Shown: one piece after another, positions 51,101 to 61,200 of the stretch
How the letters are laid out: each line of letters opens with the position of its first letter
Position numbering within the stretch: the first letter of the stretch is position 1
From: Okamejei kenojei
Lineage: Eukaryota
Reading direction: 5' to 3'
DNA length: 64,000 bases
NCBI GenBank assembly: GCA_035221665.1
Contig: CM069138.1
Location: 22,258,001 to 22,322,000, forward strand
Made by a program: the position numbers and the translations under genes
Notes under the pieces: generated by a model
Database searches by the model: none
What the model saw: only the letters and a program-made list of their open reading frames with translations
Told to the model about the DNA's origin: nothing

Positions 51101-51193
51101 AAAACTAACCCAGACTGGGCGACCCATCTTGGGACTATACTTACCCACTGCACAGAGCGACAGAGTCAAGGTGGAGAATATCAGTGCAAACAT
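3053..51193 (-). CDS. Multi-exon gene: type I membrane Ig-superfamily receptor, leader + 4 VJ-type V-set domains + TM + short cytoplasmic tail (3' end tentative)
   Basis: Manually spliced exons 51193-51145, 25380-25030, 24106-23762, 21855-21508, 18515-18171, 8091-7944, 3678-3647 and tentatively 3108-3053. All are GT-AG with intron phases 1,1,1,1,1,2,1, giving one open frame of about 539 codons up to 3647. Confidence 0.8.
3647..3678 (-). CDS. Small cytoplasmic exon ([10 protein letters not shown])
   Basis: 32 nt between acceptor ttctatatcatttcgctag and donor CAG|gtaaaa. The phase-2 start matches the TM exon; lies in non-repetitive sequence. Confidence 0.6.
3937..4225 (+). mobile_element. HE1-like V-SINE
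   Basis: tRNA-like head (TGGCTCAGCGGT...), V-domain core (TTCTCCCCATGACCTGCGTGGGTTTT), CR1-like tail. Confidence 0.8.
4620..7566. mobile_element. hAT-superfamily DNA transposon (non-autonomous, with nested SINE/CR1/Penelope pieces)
   Basis: 14-bp TIR CAGGGCCGGCCTTA/TAAGGCCGGCCCTG; perfect 8-bp TSD TGCGCCGA (4612-4619, 7567-7574); subterminal CCCAATTGGGCCCCGC at both ends. Confidence 0.9.
5831..6140 (+). mobile_element. HE1-like V-SINE, full length
   Basis: GCGGCACGGTGGCGCAGTGG head, V core, GGGCTGAAGGGCCTGTTTCC tail and (CTAAA)n. Confidence 0.85.
7944..8091 (-). CDS. Transmembrane exon ([49 protein letters not shown])
   Basis: Strong acceptor ccttttatatttttcag with phase-1 start; about 23 hydrophobic residues followed by MKK; donor GG|gtgagt (phase 2). 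Confidence 0.85.
9510..9873. other. Assembly gap
   Basis: Run of N flanked by CT-rich low-complexity sequence. Confidence 1.
10478..11255 (+). mobile_element. Rex1/Babar-clade LINE 3' part
   Basis: [32 protein letters not shown]; CTTGAA-type tail. Confidence 0.85.
12850..13700 (-). mobile_element. GC-rich non-autonomous retroposon, unclassified
   Basis: Same architecture as 14367-15275, 52080-52480 and 61780-62160: GC-rich body, CCTTC..CACAGT hairpin, short-repeat tail. Confidence 0.55.
14367..15275 (+). mobile_element. GC-rich non-autonomous retroposon inserted in CR1
   Basis: CR1 sequence breaks at 14366 and resumes at about 15276; hairpin CCACCACAGTGAG...CTCACTGTGGTGG near the 3' end. 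Confidence 0.65.
14660..14955 (+). repeat. GC-rich minisatellite, period about 55 bp
   Basis: GCTTCAGAGCTCC recurs at about 14700, 14755, 14810, 14866 and 14921. Confidence 0.85.
18171..18515 (-). CDS. Ig V-set (VJ) domain exon 4 (paralog of exon 2, possibly degenerate)
   Basis: 345 nt open frame with donor gtaagt, but a weak acceptor (ggtttaaagattaaag, no pyrimidine tract). About 89% nt identical to exon 2 by hand count. D->Y in the DxAxYYC motif. Confidence 0.82.
18692..19532 (+). mobile_element. Rex1/Babar-clade LINE 3' part
   Basis: [38 protein letters not shown]; (TTGAA)n tail at 19489-19532. Confidence 0.9.
21508..21855 (-). CDS. Ig V-set (VJ) domain exon 3
   Basis: 348 nt; acceptor tattcacacag, donor gtaagt. 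[22 protein letters not shown]...VHWNQQRPG...DRFK...NSYILTI...[23 protein letters not shown]. Confidence 0.93.
23762..24106 (-). CDS. Ig V-set (VJ) domain exon 2
   Basis: 345 nt; acceptor ttttcactttcaag, donor gtgagt. PPILTQFP...ARLRC...[10 protein letters not shown]...RFQP...[23 protein letters not shown]. Confidence 0.93.
25030..25380 (-). CDS. Ig V-set (VJ) domain exon 1
   Basis: 351 nt; acceptor ttattacccacag, donor gtgagt. [20 protein letters not shown]...VHWY...[17 protein letters not shown]...[23 protein letters not shown] has the B-strand Cys, C-strand Trp, DxAxYxC and FGxGT. Confidence 0.93.
26780..29405 (-). mobile_element. CR1 LINE RT/3' part, split by a Rex-Babar insertion
   Basis: [25 protein letters not shown] (28983-29396); LVRPHLEYC (26930-27439); (AATAGAC)n tail. 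Confidence 0.92.
27636..29025 (+). mobile_element. Rex1/Babar-clade LINE RT/3' part
   Basis: [38 protein letters not shown]; CTTGAA tail. Confidence 0.9.
29783..30020 (+). mobile_element. HE1-like V-SINE
   Basis: tRNA-like head and V core as at 5831. Confidence 0.8.
30200..31970 (+). mobile_element. L1-clade LINE, 5'-truncated ORF2 3' part
   Basis: KINAIKM, GGLVLPN, C-terminal zinc knuckle CDKC...H...C, WSPF; AATAAA plus A-rich end; homologous to 38082-46075. Confidence 0.88.
38902..40010 (+). pseudogene. DIRS gag-like ORF (frameshifted)
   Basis: ORFs 38902-39717 and 39636 onward; [14 protein letters not shown]...YLFGENL, upstream of RT. Confidence 0.7.
40050..41935 (+). pseudogene. DIRS pol: RT + RNase H + methyltransferase-like domain
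   Basis: [29 protein letters not shown], stop at 40497-40499, YLDD, frameshift near 40910, [30 protein letters not shown]. Confidence 0.9.
41932..42902 (+). pseudogene. DIRS tyrosine recombinase (frameshift near 42523)
   Basis: [35 protein letters not shown] catalytic motifs. Confidence 0.92.
46175..46414 (-). mobile_element. CR1 3' fragment of the family at 1-2131, nested in the second-layer CR1
   Basis: Near-identical reverse complement of about 1899-2131; (ATATAACC)n tail; AAATC on both sides. Confidence 0.9.
49340..50290 (+). mobile_element. Degenerate Rex1/Babar-clade LINE
   Basis: [34 protein letters not shown]. Confidence 0.8.
51145..51193 (-). CDS. Signal-peptide (leader) exon, [16 protein letters not shown](G)
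   Basis: ATG at 51193, 16 mostly hydrophobic codons plus 1 nt, then the consensus donor GTAAGT. Phase 1 joins in frame to the V1 exon (G|GT CTA AAG = GLK). Confidence 0.8.
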
Positions 51194-51279
51194 GTTGTTA
51201 AACTTGATTAGCAAGGATTAGACTTCTGTTCATTCAGACCCGATGTTCCCTTTGCTGTTTTAGAAGTGACTGCGCCCTC

Positions 51280-51670
51280 TTCTACTTCCCCACAAGATTT
51301 TTCATCACAAATGCGTGTAGTGCAAAGAGGAAGTCATGAGGAAAGCGGGCAGTGGAAACCACTGAAAATTTACTCTCAAACTGTAGGCAGATCACCAGAT
51401 TAATTTTCACCATTCTCTCTGGATGCATCGATGATGGTCACAGATGCAAGTTTCAGATGTTCTGAGGGTCAATCCTTATAGTCATTCCTGATGTTCACAC
51501 ACATTTTTCGGATTCAAATGTTGAAACAAAACCAAATCCTCTGATTAATTTTCGCCTTTTATTAGAAAAATTGGAATGAGCAAGTGACTGAAGTGTAAGT
51601 TGGTGAGCTTTTTGGGACCAGCAAACCACAGGTGTATTAGCTTTGAAACAGTTATGGATAACCACAGGGT
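51280..51670 (-). promoter_or_regulatory. Candidate TATA-less leukocyte promoter (PU.1/ETS + RUNX motifs)
   Basis: AAAGAGGAAGT at 51324-51334, GAGGAA at 51338-51343, AACCACA (TGTGGTT) at 51624-51630 and 51660-51666, all 130-470 bp upstream of the leader ATG. Confidence 0.45.
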
Positions 51671-52949
51671 GGGCCCACTAGTTACAATTCTGAAATGGGA
51701 CAAGGCAAACTTTGTTATCAGATAGGAACTTGCTAAAGTTACTTAGAGTAGGCTTTTACAAGTGTGATGAAAAGAGTTCAGGATTTGCCTATTCCTATTG
51801 GAGTGAAAGGCAAGGCAGGTGGAGTAAGGAAGCTTTGATGAGGAGAGAAATTGAGACTGTCAGGAGGAAGGAGGAGGCAAGGGCCAGGTATAGGCAGCAA
51901 GGATTGTGCATCCCTCGAGCAGTTTTGAGAACTGAGGAGCAGAATTAAGAAGGAAATCAGGAAGGAAATAAGGGGATAGGAGATACATCTGGCAGATAAT
52001 ATTAAAGAAAATTGAGTTTAATGATTTGAAATAACAAAGCATTGCAGTTGCTGGTTTATACCAAAGATTGACACAAAATTGAATTGAGGTGAATTTAATT
52101 TAATTTAATTTATTTATCATTCAGACCTTTCGGTCTGAACAAAATTTCGTTCCCCTGCAGTCATACATATAATTTTTTTTTAACAGAAACACGCAGTAAA
52201 CACAAATTTAACATCCACCACAGTGAGTTCACCAAACACGTCCTCACTGTGATGGAAGGCAAAGTCTTAAAGTCTCTGTCTCTTCCCTCTTTGTTCTCCC
52301 TCTGCGCCGAAGCGATCCAGGTGTTGTGACCCTACTGGGTGATGGTTAGTCCCGCGGCTGAACCATGCTCCGCGAACGGGACGGTTCAAGCGTGGTCGAA
52401 GCTGCCGCCCTGCAGACCAGCGGACGAAGCTGTTGTTGCGGGAGTTCGGAAAAACAGGTCACTAACCTGTGACCTGCGACCTCAAAATACTGGAGTAACT
52501 CAGTAGGTCAGGAAGTGACTGGAGAAAATGGATAGGTGGCGTTTCAGGTCGGGACCCTTCTTCAGACTGTTTGCTGGGGGGAGGCAGAAAAAAAGTAAAA
52601 GAGAGAAGAGGGTGCTGGGCAATTCACAGCCGGTAACAGATGACCTCAGGCGAGAGGGTTCCCTGATAGGCAGGTTGTTGGATAAAGGCGAGAGATAGAA
52701 GCAGGTGTGAGCCCAAAAGAGACACATGGTTGTGAAATGTTGAAGGACTTTTGGTGTAAGGGGGGAGGGAGTGGGAAGTATTTGTAGAAGTTACCTGAAG
52801 TTAGAAGTTAAAGATTTAAAAATTGAGTTGAGTTGAAATTTTTGAATAAGTAACCAAAAAGGTTTTTGAGGGCTAAGCCATAATTGTCACCTCAGCATTT
52901 TGTGCATTTCCTTCCTAAACCAGCATCTGCAGTTCCCGGTTTCTACATA

Positions 52950-53775
52950 GGCGTTGTCCATATGAACGTCAGCATAGGATTTGATTAGGTTCTTCATGGT
53001 AAACTGCTCTGGAAATTTAGATTATATGGGATCCATGAAGAGTTAAGCAACTGGATAAAAAATTGGCTTCATGGAAGGCAGCAGAGGGTGATGGTGATGG
53101 GTTGTTTATTGGACTGGAAGTCTATGACTTGCGGTGTGTTTCAGAGATCAGTGCTGTGCCCATTGCTGTGCGGTTTATATCAGCGATTTGACTGAGAATG
53201 TAGAAGGCATGATTAGTAAGTTAGCGGATGACACTAAAATGGCTGATTTCATAGATAATGAAGATAATGAATTTGTTATAGTAAGAATATTGTTAAGCGA
53301 GATAGAGTGCAGCGCAGATTTATTAGCATGTTGTTACAACTTGAAGGCCCTAACTATAGCAAGAGATTGGGCTGGCCAGGGTTTTATTCCTTGGAGCCCA
53401 GGAGGCCGAGGGATTATTTTAAAGAGATTTATAGCATCATGAAGGGGATAGGTAGTGTGAATGCACAGTGCTTTTACCCAGTGTATAGGGAATCAAGAAC
53501 TACAGGACATAGGCGAGAGAGGAAAGATTCAATAGAAAACTGAAGGGCAACTTTTTCAAACAGTGGATAGTGGATATATGGAACGATCTGACAGAAAAGG
53601 GAGTTAAGGCAAGGTATGATAACTGCATTTAAAATACATTTGGACAGGTACATTGTTAGAAAGGTTTTCTGGGGTAAGTGTGGGCCAGTGGAACTAGTGC
53701 AGATGGGACATCTTGTGGTCAATTTGGGAAATTTGGATTGAAGGACCTGTTTCTGTGCTGTGTAACACTATGAAT
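52950..53775 (+). mobile_element. Degenerate CR1 RT/3' fragment
   Basis: ISKLADDTK, QRRF..ML, YSLE remnants and CR1-type 3' tail. Confidence 0.7.
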
Positions 53776-54259
53776 CGTCCAAAAGTACATTAAAGGAAAG
53801 AGGGTAACTAGTGAGAGAATAGGTTTCCTCAGACATAAAGGTACTCTACCTCAGAATTTTATAAATGTTCCATTAGATTGCCCCCCAGCCTCAGATGCTC
53901 TAGTGAAAACAGTCCACATTTATGCAACCTCGCCAGAAACTAATGCCCAGGCAGCATTCTGGTAAACCTCCTCTGCAACTTCTACAAAGCCGCCACATCA
54001 TTTCTGTAATGTGGTGACCAGAAATGCACAACCAACTCTAAATGTTGCCCAACCAAAGTTTCATGCAGCTGCAACATGACTTGCCAGCTTTTACACTCAA
54101 TGTCCTGGTCAATGACAGCAAGTATATAGTAGACCTTCTTTACCAGGAGTCAAGAAACCAGAAATGAACTGCAACAGTGAAATTCTTACTTGCTGCAGCT
54201 TCCGACACATTCCAACACACAACTACAACAAGAAATAAACGCACTATCAATTATGTTAT

Positions 54260-54710
54260 CCTAAATCAATGGGGCGATGGCAGTGCAAAAACCCACCAAA
54301 TTACATGGAGCAATCATAATAGTCCGTAGTGAGGTGGTGAAGTAGGGTTGTACAGGGTGGTTCAAGAACTTGATGGTTGATGGGAAGAAGCTGTTCTTCA
54401 ACTTGGAGGTAACAGCCTTCAGGCTCCTGTACCTGCTTCCTGATGGTGCAGGGAGATGAGAATATGGCCAAGGTGATGTGGGTCTGTTTAAAGGTTGTTT
54501 TCTTGGCACCATTTGGTCAGTTGATCGATCTCCCCCCAATACTCTGACTCATCATCATCCATAATTTGTTCAACTACGGTGGTGTCGTCGGTGAATTTGA
54601 AGATGGAGTTGGAACCATTTCCGGCCAAACAGTAATGTGTACAGAGTACGGGGCTGAGCACCCAGCCTTGAGGTGATCCTGTGCTGGTGGTTATCAAGCT
54701 GGAAGTTTTG
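54260..54710 (-). mobile_element. Degenerate Rex1/Babar-clade LINE fragment
   Basis: TGSPQGWVLSP, FKFTDDTTVV, KLKNSFFP. Confidence 0.8.
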
Positions 54711-57700
54711 CTGTGAGGTGGAGGAAATACATTACAGATTAGGGAGAAGTTCACAGTGGCACTTAGAGAGAACATACTAGAGGATTAATCCATTGTGGGT
54801 AGTTTATTCACAGCGGGTAGAGTTCACAATAAACAAAGGCACGATCTTGCTGACGGGGTGACATAATGGGCCTTCCAAAAACCAGCAGGAAACAGAAGAA
54901 CAAATATATAAACTGATTAACAGAAACTATAAAACTATCAGGGTTGTCAAAATGAGCGATTTTTAACTTCCCCAATATTAACTCAGACTTCCTTTATGCT
55001 AAAGGCATAGCTAGGGCAGGGTTTGTTAGATTCAATCCAAAATGCTCTCTTGTACAGTGTGTGGGTAGTCAAATTCGAAAAGTGACCATACTGGAACGTA
55101 CTGGTATTTGGTCCTAGCCATGCGAGTGACATTTATCGCCATCCAATGTACCCTACCTTGACAACCATGTCCCTCCTCCTGACTAGAACATGCCGGTTTT
55201 GAACTCTTGATCATTTGGTCTTTAATAGGCCCCTGCATGTCAGATGTGAACTTACCCAATAACAATGGAGTCAAAGAGTCAATAGAGTCCCAGGTAGCCC
55301 TGCAGGCCTGATCCACCTGCCGAACTACCACGCCGCTGACCGGAACGCACCCCGGTAGGCCCGACTCGCTCAGGGGCCTGACTTGCACATGTCTCCCAGG
55401 GGACTGCGGATAATCCGGGCAGCAAGGCCTGTCTGGGCCAAAGGAGCCTGGGGCGGTGTGAGCCTCGGCAGCAACGGGAACCTTGGAGGCGGTGGGGCCT
55501 TGGCGGTGGTGGGGCATCGTGATCGACTTGCGATCAGTGATCAATGAGCGTGCGAGTGGGAGGGGAAGAGAATGGAGGACCTGGCGCGGGGGACCACCAA
55601 GAAGAACAATGAGGGACAGTGGGAGAACAAAGGACCCGGTGTGGGTGAGGGGGGGCACTCTAGTTTTAGAATCCTCTGTCCAGGAGATAACCCTGTATGT
55701 GTTTGTTTGTTTCGTCGTTCATTCCAGCTAAGGCACTGTGCACATGGCAGCCAGTCAACATCACTTGTCTTTTTTTCCCCTTTTATTTAATTTAATTTTA
55801 ATTTCAAGTAGTTCCATCTGCCTGCATTTAGCCCATATCCCTCTCAACCTGCCATATCCGTAGTCATAGAATCATATGGGACCTTCTGGCATCCTTGTAC
55901 ATGTCTAATTGTTTCTTAAACATTGCTCCCAATTTACTTTTCCCTATTTCCTTCGCTCCATAGATGCTGCTGCACCCACTGAGTTTCTCCAGCACTTTTG
56001 TTGCTACCTAATAATGTTGTAATTTGCTGTACTACAATTTAATATCTACCCCCAAGGTCCAGACTTGTATTTATTCATAACTACCTTAAAGCTTATGAGG
56101 TTATGCATGAGAATGAGTCTGGACCTTGGGACAAGTTGTTGAGGAAGAGAACTATGGATGACGATCGAGGTCGAAATTTGGACCAAAGGAAAGAGGAAGC
56201 CTATGTAAGCATAACCTGGACGTAAATGTAGATGGCTAGGTAAATAATTTGCAAACAACACTAAAATTGGTGGAGTTGTGGACAGTAAGGAAGGTTGTCA
56301 AAATATACAGTGAAATACAGAAATAGATGGAGAAATGGCAGTTGCAGTTTAATCTGAGCAAGTGAATGGTGTTTTATTTTGGGAGGAGAAAGTAAGACAT
56401 AAGTGTTGTAAGGATTGGTGTTCATAAGCTCAGATGTAGATACTGGTTTACCAAAGAAGACAAAGAAGTGCTAGAGTAACTCAACTGGTCAGGCAGCATT
56501 TCTGGAGAACATGGATAGATGACTTTTTGGGACAAGGCACAAATTGCTGAAAGGAATTTCCGGATGTTGTGGATGTATCCCAGTCCATCACACGGACCAA
56601 CATCCCCATCAATGACTTCATCTACACTTCACATTGCCTCGGGAAAGTAGCCAATAAAATTAGGGACCTTTTCCACCCTTGTTATTTATTGCAGAGAATA
56701 TTAAGCAGGTTCAGAAACAGCTTCTACTCAGCTGCTATCAGACTACTGAATGGTCCTCCGATCAGCTTGGATATAGTCCAGATCTTTCAACTAACCTCAT
56801 TGTAGACCTTGGACAATTGTAAAGCTACAATGCTTTTTATATTCTGCACTTCGGGATGTATTAGTTGTCTATCCTGACTGATTGTGGTCTATGGGTCAGG
56901 AAGTCAAGGATCCAATTGTAGAGGTGGGTACTGACTGCTCAGTTCAGGAGTTTGGAGAGCACATTGACTGGTTGCAAAACGGCCTGGTAGTGGAACTCAA
57001 ACATCCAGGAATAAAGAAGAATGTAAAAAATGGTGAACACTGCACAGTCCATCACGGGTATAGACTTCTCCACCATCAAAGGATCGACAGGAATCGCTGC
57101 CTCATAAAGGGAGCCAGCATCATCAGAGACCCACGCTCTCACTTGGCTGGACTTATGGTGTTCAAGGTGAAGCTATGGTGAATAATAATAGGAGTCTGAT
57201 GTAGGTTCGGCAGAGGCTTGGTGACAACGTAACCAGGCGGGAGCTGGAGAAGTCTGACGCAAGGGGAAAGGACCGGTGAAGGAGGGTGAACTGGGGTAAT
57301 GCCTCCAGTGCCTTCAATTTTGGCTGCAGGACGTACCGCCAGGACACAAAGATGGCCAGAGAAGGAAAGGAGAGGAGAGGAATGATGCTCCAGTGCATCG
57401 AGCGTGGGGGCCGACTGGACATAATAGCGCCAATAATGTCTGTGCCCGCATGTGTAATATGTGCAAGAGGAATTTCTCTGTGCAGTTGCATATGTGACAA
57501 GTAAAACAATATTGAGGTGTCCTTGTTAACCAGGTGTTGCAGAGCCAGGGAAATGGCGTCTGCTGTGGACCGTAGGTGGTAGGTGAATTGCAGTGGATCA
57601 AGACTAGATAGGGCTCTTAAAAATAGCGGAGTCAGGGGATATGGGGAGAAGGCAGGAATGGAATATTGATTGGGGCTGATCAGATCAGCCATGATCACAT

Positions 57701-57959
57701 TGAACGGCGGTGCTGGCTCGAAGGGCCGAATGGCCTACTGCTGCACCTATTGTCTATTGACTAAGACTGGAGTTATTGTGCGTCATGACCAGCCTCACAA
57801 AGCTACTGTGGAATATAAACAATGGTTCACGTTTGTCAATCCCAGAAGCTATTTTCATGCTGTTTGTCCTTTTTCTCTTATGGTTAAATGTCGTAAATGT
57901 CTGCATATTATGAGTTTGCAGATTATGTAGTTTTGGCACTTAAAGGAAATGCACTGAAT

Positions 57960-58205
57960 TGTTTTTACTGTATGTCTTTGGAGTGTTGGAGGAAACTGGA
58001 GCACCCGGAGAAAACCCACTTGGTCACAGGGAGAACGTACAAACTCCGTGCAGACAGCAACTGTAGTCAGGATGAACCCGTGTTTGTTTTGCACTGTAAG
58101 GCAGCAACTCTACCGCTGCGCCACCGTGCCACCCAGTGTTTTGGTGATTGCTGGTCGGGCCAAACGGCCTGTTACCACACTGTATCTGTAAACTAAACTA
58201 AACTG
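57960..58205 (-). mobile_element. HE1-like V-SINE
   Basis: Reverse complement of the GGTGGCACGGTGGCGCAGCGGTAGAG head and V core. Confidence 0.75.
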
Positions 58206-61200
58206 AAAATCCTGTGGACCATGGTCAAACTTGCAACGGGTTTTGGACAGGGGAGAGAGAAACATTCTGGTAAATGTGGAAAACTGAGTATGCGGGTAAC
58301 CTCATTACTTCCTTTTCAGAGAAATTGCAAAAGCTTGCAGGATAAAACAGAAATCCTTTCAAAGTAATTTACATTTAATTTCCCTCTTCTGAAATATGTT
58401 ACTTGACAGGTTGCACAATTTCATGTTCAGAGGCACCCTTAAATTTCTGCACTCTAAAGGTAAATGTAGTTCGCCTGCCTTTTTGTCAATAGTACTTAAC
58501 TCACGTGCATCAAGAAAGACTCAGAGTTAGCATTTAAAAATAATCCCTCCAAAATAAGCAGATCTTTCTCAGAGCTGACTTCCTCTTCCACTGCTTGTTA
58601 GAAATGGATTTACCAATGTGAATATATTCAGATTTCAGGGTGATATTGTCCCTTGAAAAATGTGGTTACTCATCACACATCTCCTCTCTGCCCGACTTTA
58701 GGTCGCCTCATATAAGCCAGTGTGGTGAATCTGTGGAATTCATTGCCTCTGAAGGCTGTGGAGGCCAAGTCAATGGATATTTCTAAGGTGGAGATTGACA
58801 GATTCTTGACTACTACGGGTGTCAGGGATTATGGGGAGAAGGTAGGAGAATGGGGTTGAGAGGGAAAGATAGATCAGCCTAGATTGAATGGCCTTGTAGA
58901 CCTGATGGGCCGAATGGCTTTATTCTGCTCCTACAACTTATGAAAGTTCATTCCTCGTCAGATTGATCATCCTAAAAAATGTCTGAAAACACTTACATGC
59001 TGGCCTCTCATACATTCCTCATTGCTTTCATTCAGCTATTGATGGTCATGCCTTTAACATGCACCTCTCATTACCCCCTCTCCCTCCCCCCCCCCATTCT
59101 TTCTACCACTCCCCCCTCCCACGCCTTGTCCAAGCTCTCTTCCTATCTCCTCCTTTTTTTAAACGTAGTACTCTGGTCAAGTATTACACACAAGCATAGA
59201 ACAGTACAGCAGAGGGAAAGGTTCTTTGGCCCACCATATCAGTGTGACATGATGCCAATTTAAACTAGTCCCATCTGCCTGCACATGGTCTCACCATTCT
59301 CTACTTGTTAATGGTTTTGTCAAAATGACTATTAACTACCACTCAGATCTGCCTCCACCACTTCCCCCCGGCAATGTATTCCAAGCACGTAACACTCTGT
59401 GAACACAAGAACTTGCCTCATATATATTCTTAAAACTTTCCTATTCACATCTTAAAGCCTTGATATATTTGACATTTCCATCCTGGAAAAAAAGACTGAA
59501 TATTCTAACCGGTCTATGGTGCTTAGTCAGGCGACTCTGCTTGCAGATCCCAGAAATTGATTTGTGATCATACATTACAATTGCTCCACGCATCTAAATG
59601 AGTGTCTACAGCAGCATTTCCTCCTCCAACTATGCTCTTCTTAATCTCCTCTCTGACGCCTGGGGCCAAAGGACCTCTCGCAATGACTCTTCGAGCTGTG
59701 AGGACTCGACCAGTGAGGCCTAGCACGACCGACAAGTCCTGCGAGATATTGACCTTCCACAGCCTGCAATCAACTCTACCAACAATCCCCCCCAGAGCTG
59801 CAAACTCCACGATGGTGAACAGGATTCAACTTGCTGATATAATTTCTCACATTAATAATGCTCCCATCAATCTCCCCTCAGCCCTACGGTGATTGTTGAG
59901 ACCTGCATCCTACTGACCTGAAGCCTCCAGCCGACTTGATTGACGTCCCAACGGAGCAGCAGACCCTACGAGTGGTCCTCTGGGCCAGACCGGGAACAGG
60001 CGCCAACCCACAGGGACAGGACGATTCCACCGTCCGACCATTGACACTCCAAGGACAATGGGCCAGACCTCCCGGCCCACCCAACAGTGGAAGCCGGCAT
60101 GGGATCTGATTCGATCAGGCAGATGATCCGACCTCTGGGATCTTCCTGCACCGTTGTTTCAAGACACCCCCAGCATATAACTGGCTAATGTGCAGTCTAT
60201 GGAGAACAAGCTGGATGAACCTAAAGCAAGATTGACTTAGCTCAGAGTTATGAAGGACTTCTGTATGCTCTGTTTCACCGCTAACATACCTGACAGTGCC
60301 ATTCTGCCCCAGGGCTTCTCCCTTCATCGGATGGACAGCACGGCCCTCCCCCTGCGGTTGTCAAGCTTTCCCTGACTAATTTGTACTTTGTTACCAATAG
60401 CCTTGAGACAAAATAACCCAAAGCCCTGGTCATTGTAGCCAGGGACTTCAATCAAGTGTATACTATCAAAATAGTATCTGAATCCTGCAAGGGGCCAGAA
60501 CACATTAAAAAAAACACCTACTGGTCCATTCCCCAGCCACATTCAGGGAAATCTGACTAGCTGTAATTTTATGGAGATTAATGAAATGTAAGGTGTTGCT
60601 CTTAGGAAGGTCAAATGCAAGGGGGAAAGTGTATAGTTAATTGCCAAGTCAAGTCATGTCAAGAGAGTTTATTGTCATGTGTCCCAGATAGGACAATGAA
60701 ATTCTTGCTTGCTGCAGCACAACAGAATATTGTAGGCATAAATTTAATACAATTCCAAGGCTCCCTGAAAGTAGCAAACAATTAGATAAAGAGGTAAAGA
60801 GGGCATACGGTATGCTTGCCTTCATTAGTCGGGGCATTGAGTATTAGGGTCAGGAAGTCATGTTGCAGCTTTATGTAACTTTGGTTAGGCCTCATTTGGT
60901 TGCTCCATTACAAGAAGGAGGCTTTGGAGAGCTTTGTCAGAATGATGCAAGGATTAGAGGGTATTAGCTCTGAGGAGAAGTTGAATAATCTTGGATTATT
61001 TTCCATGGAGCGCCTGAGGCTCAGCAGCGAACCAACAAAAGTATATAAAATCATGAGAGGCATCAATTGGATGGACAATCAGAACTTCTTCTCAGAGATT
61101 AGTTTAAATGGGCATCGTGTTCAACATGGATATTGTGGTCCAAAAGGCCTGTTCCTGTGCTGTACTATTCTCATGTTCAACGTTGTAATGACTATTTGTG

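Noticed and set aside
55032-55658. 208-aa minus-strand ORF
   Set aside because: No recognisable domain; its 5' part overlaps a repeat also present at about 26000-26290; probably a degraded mobile element.
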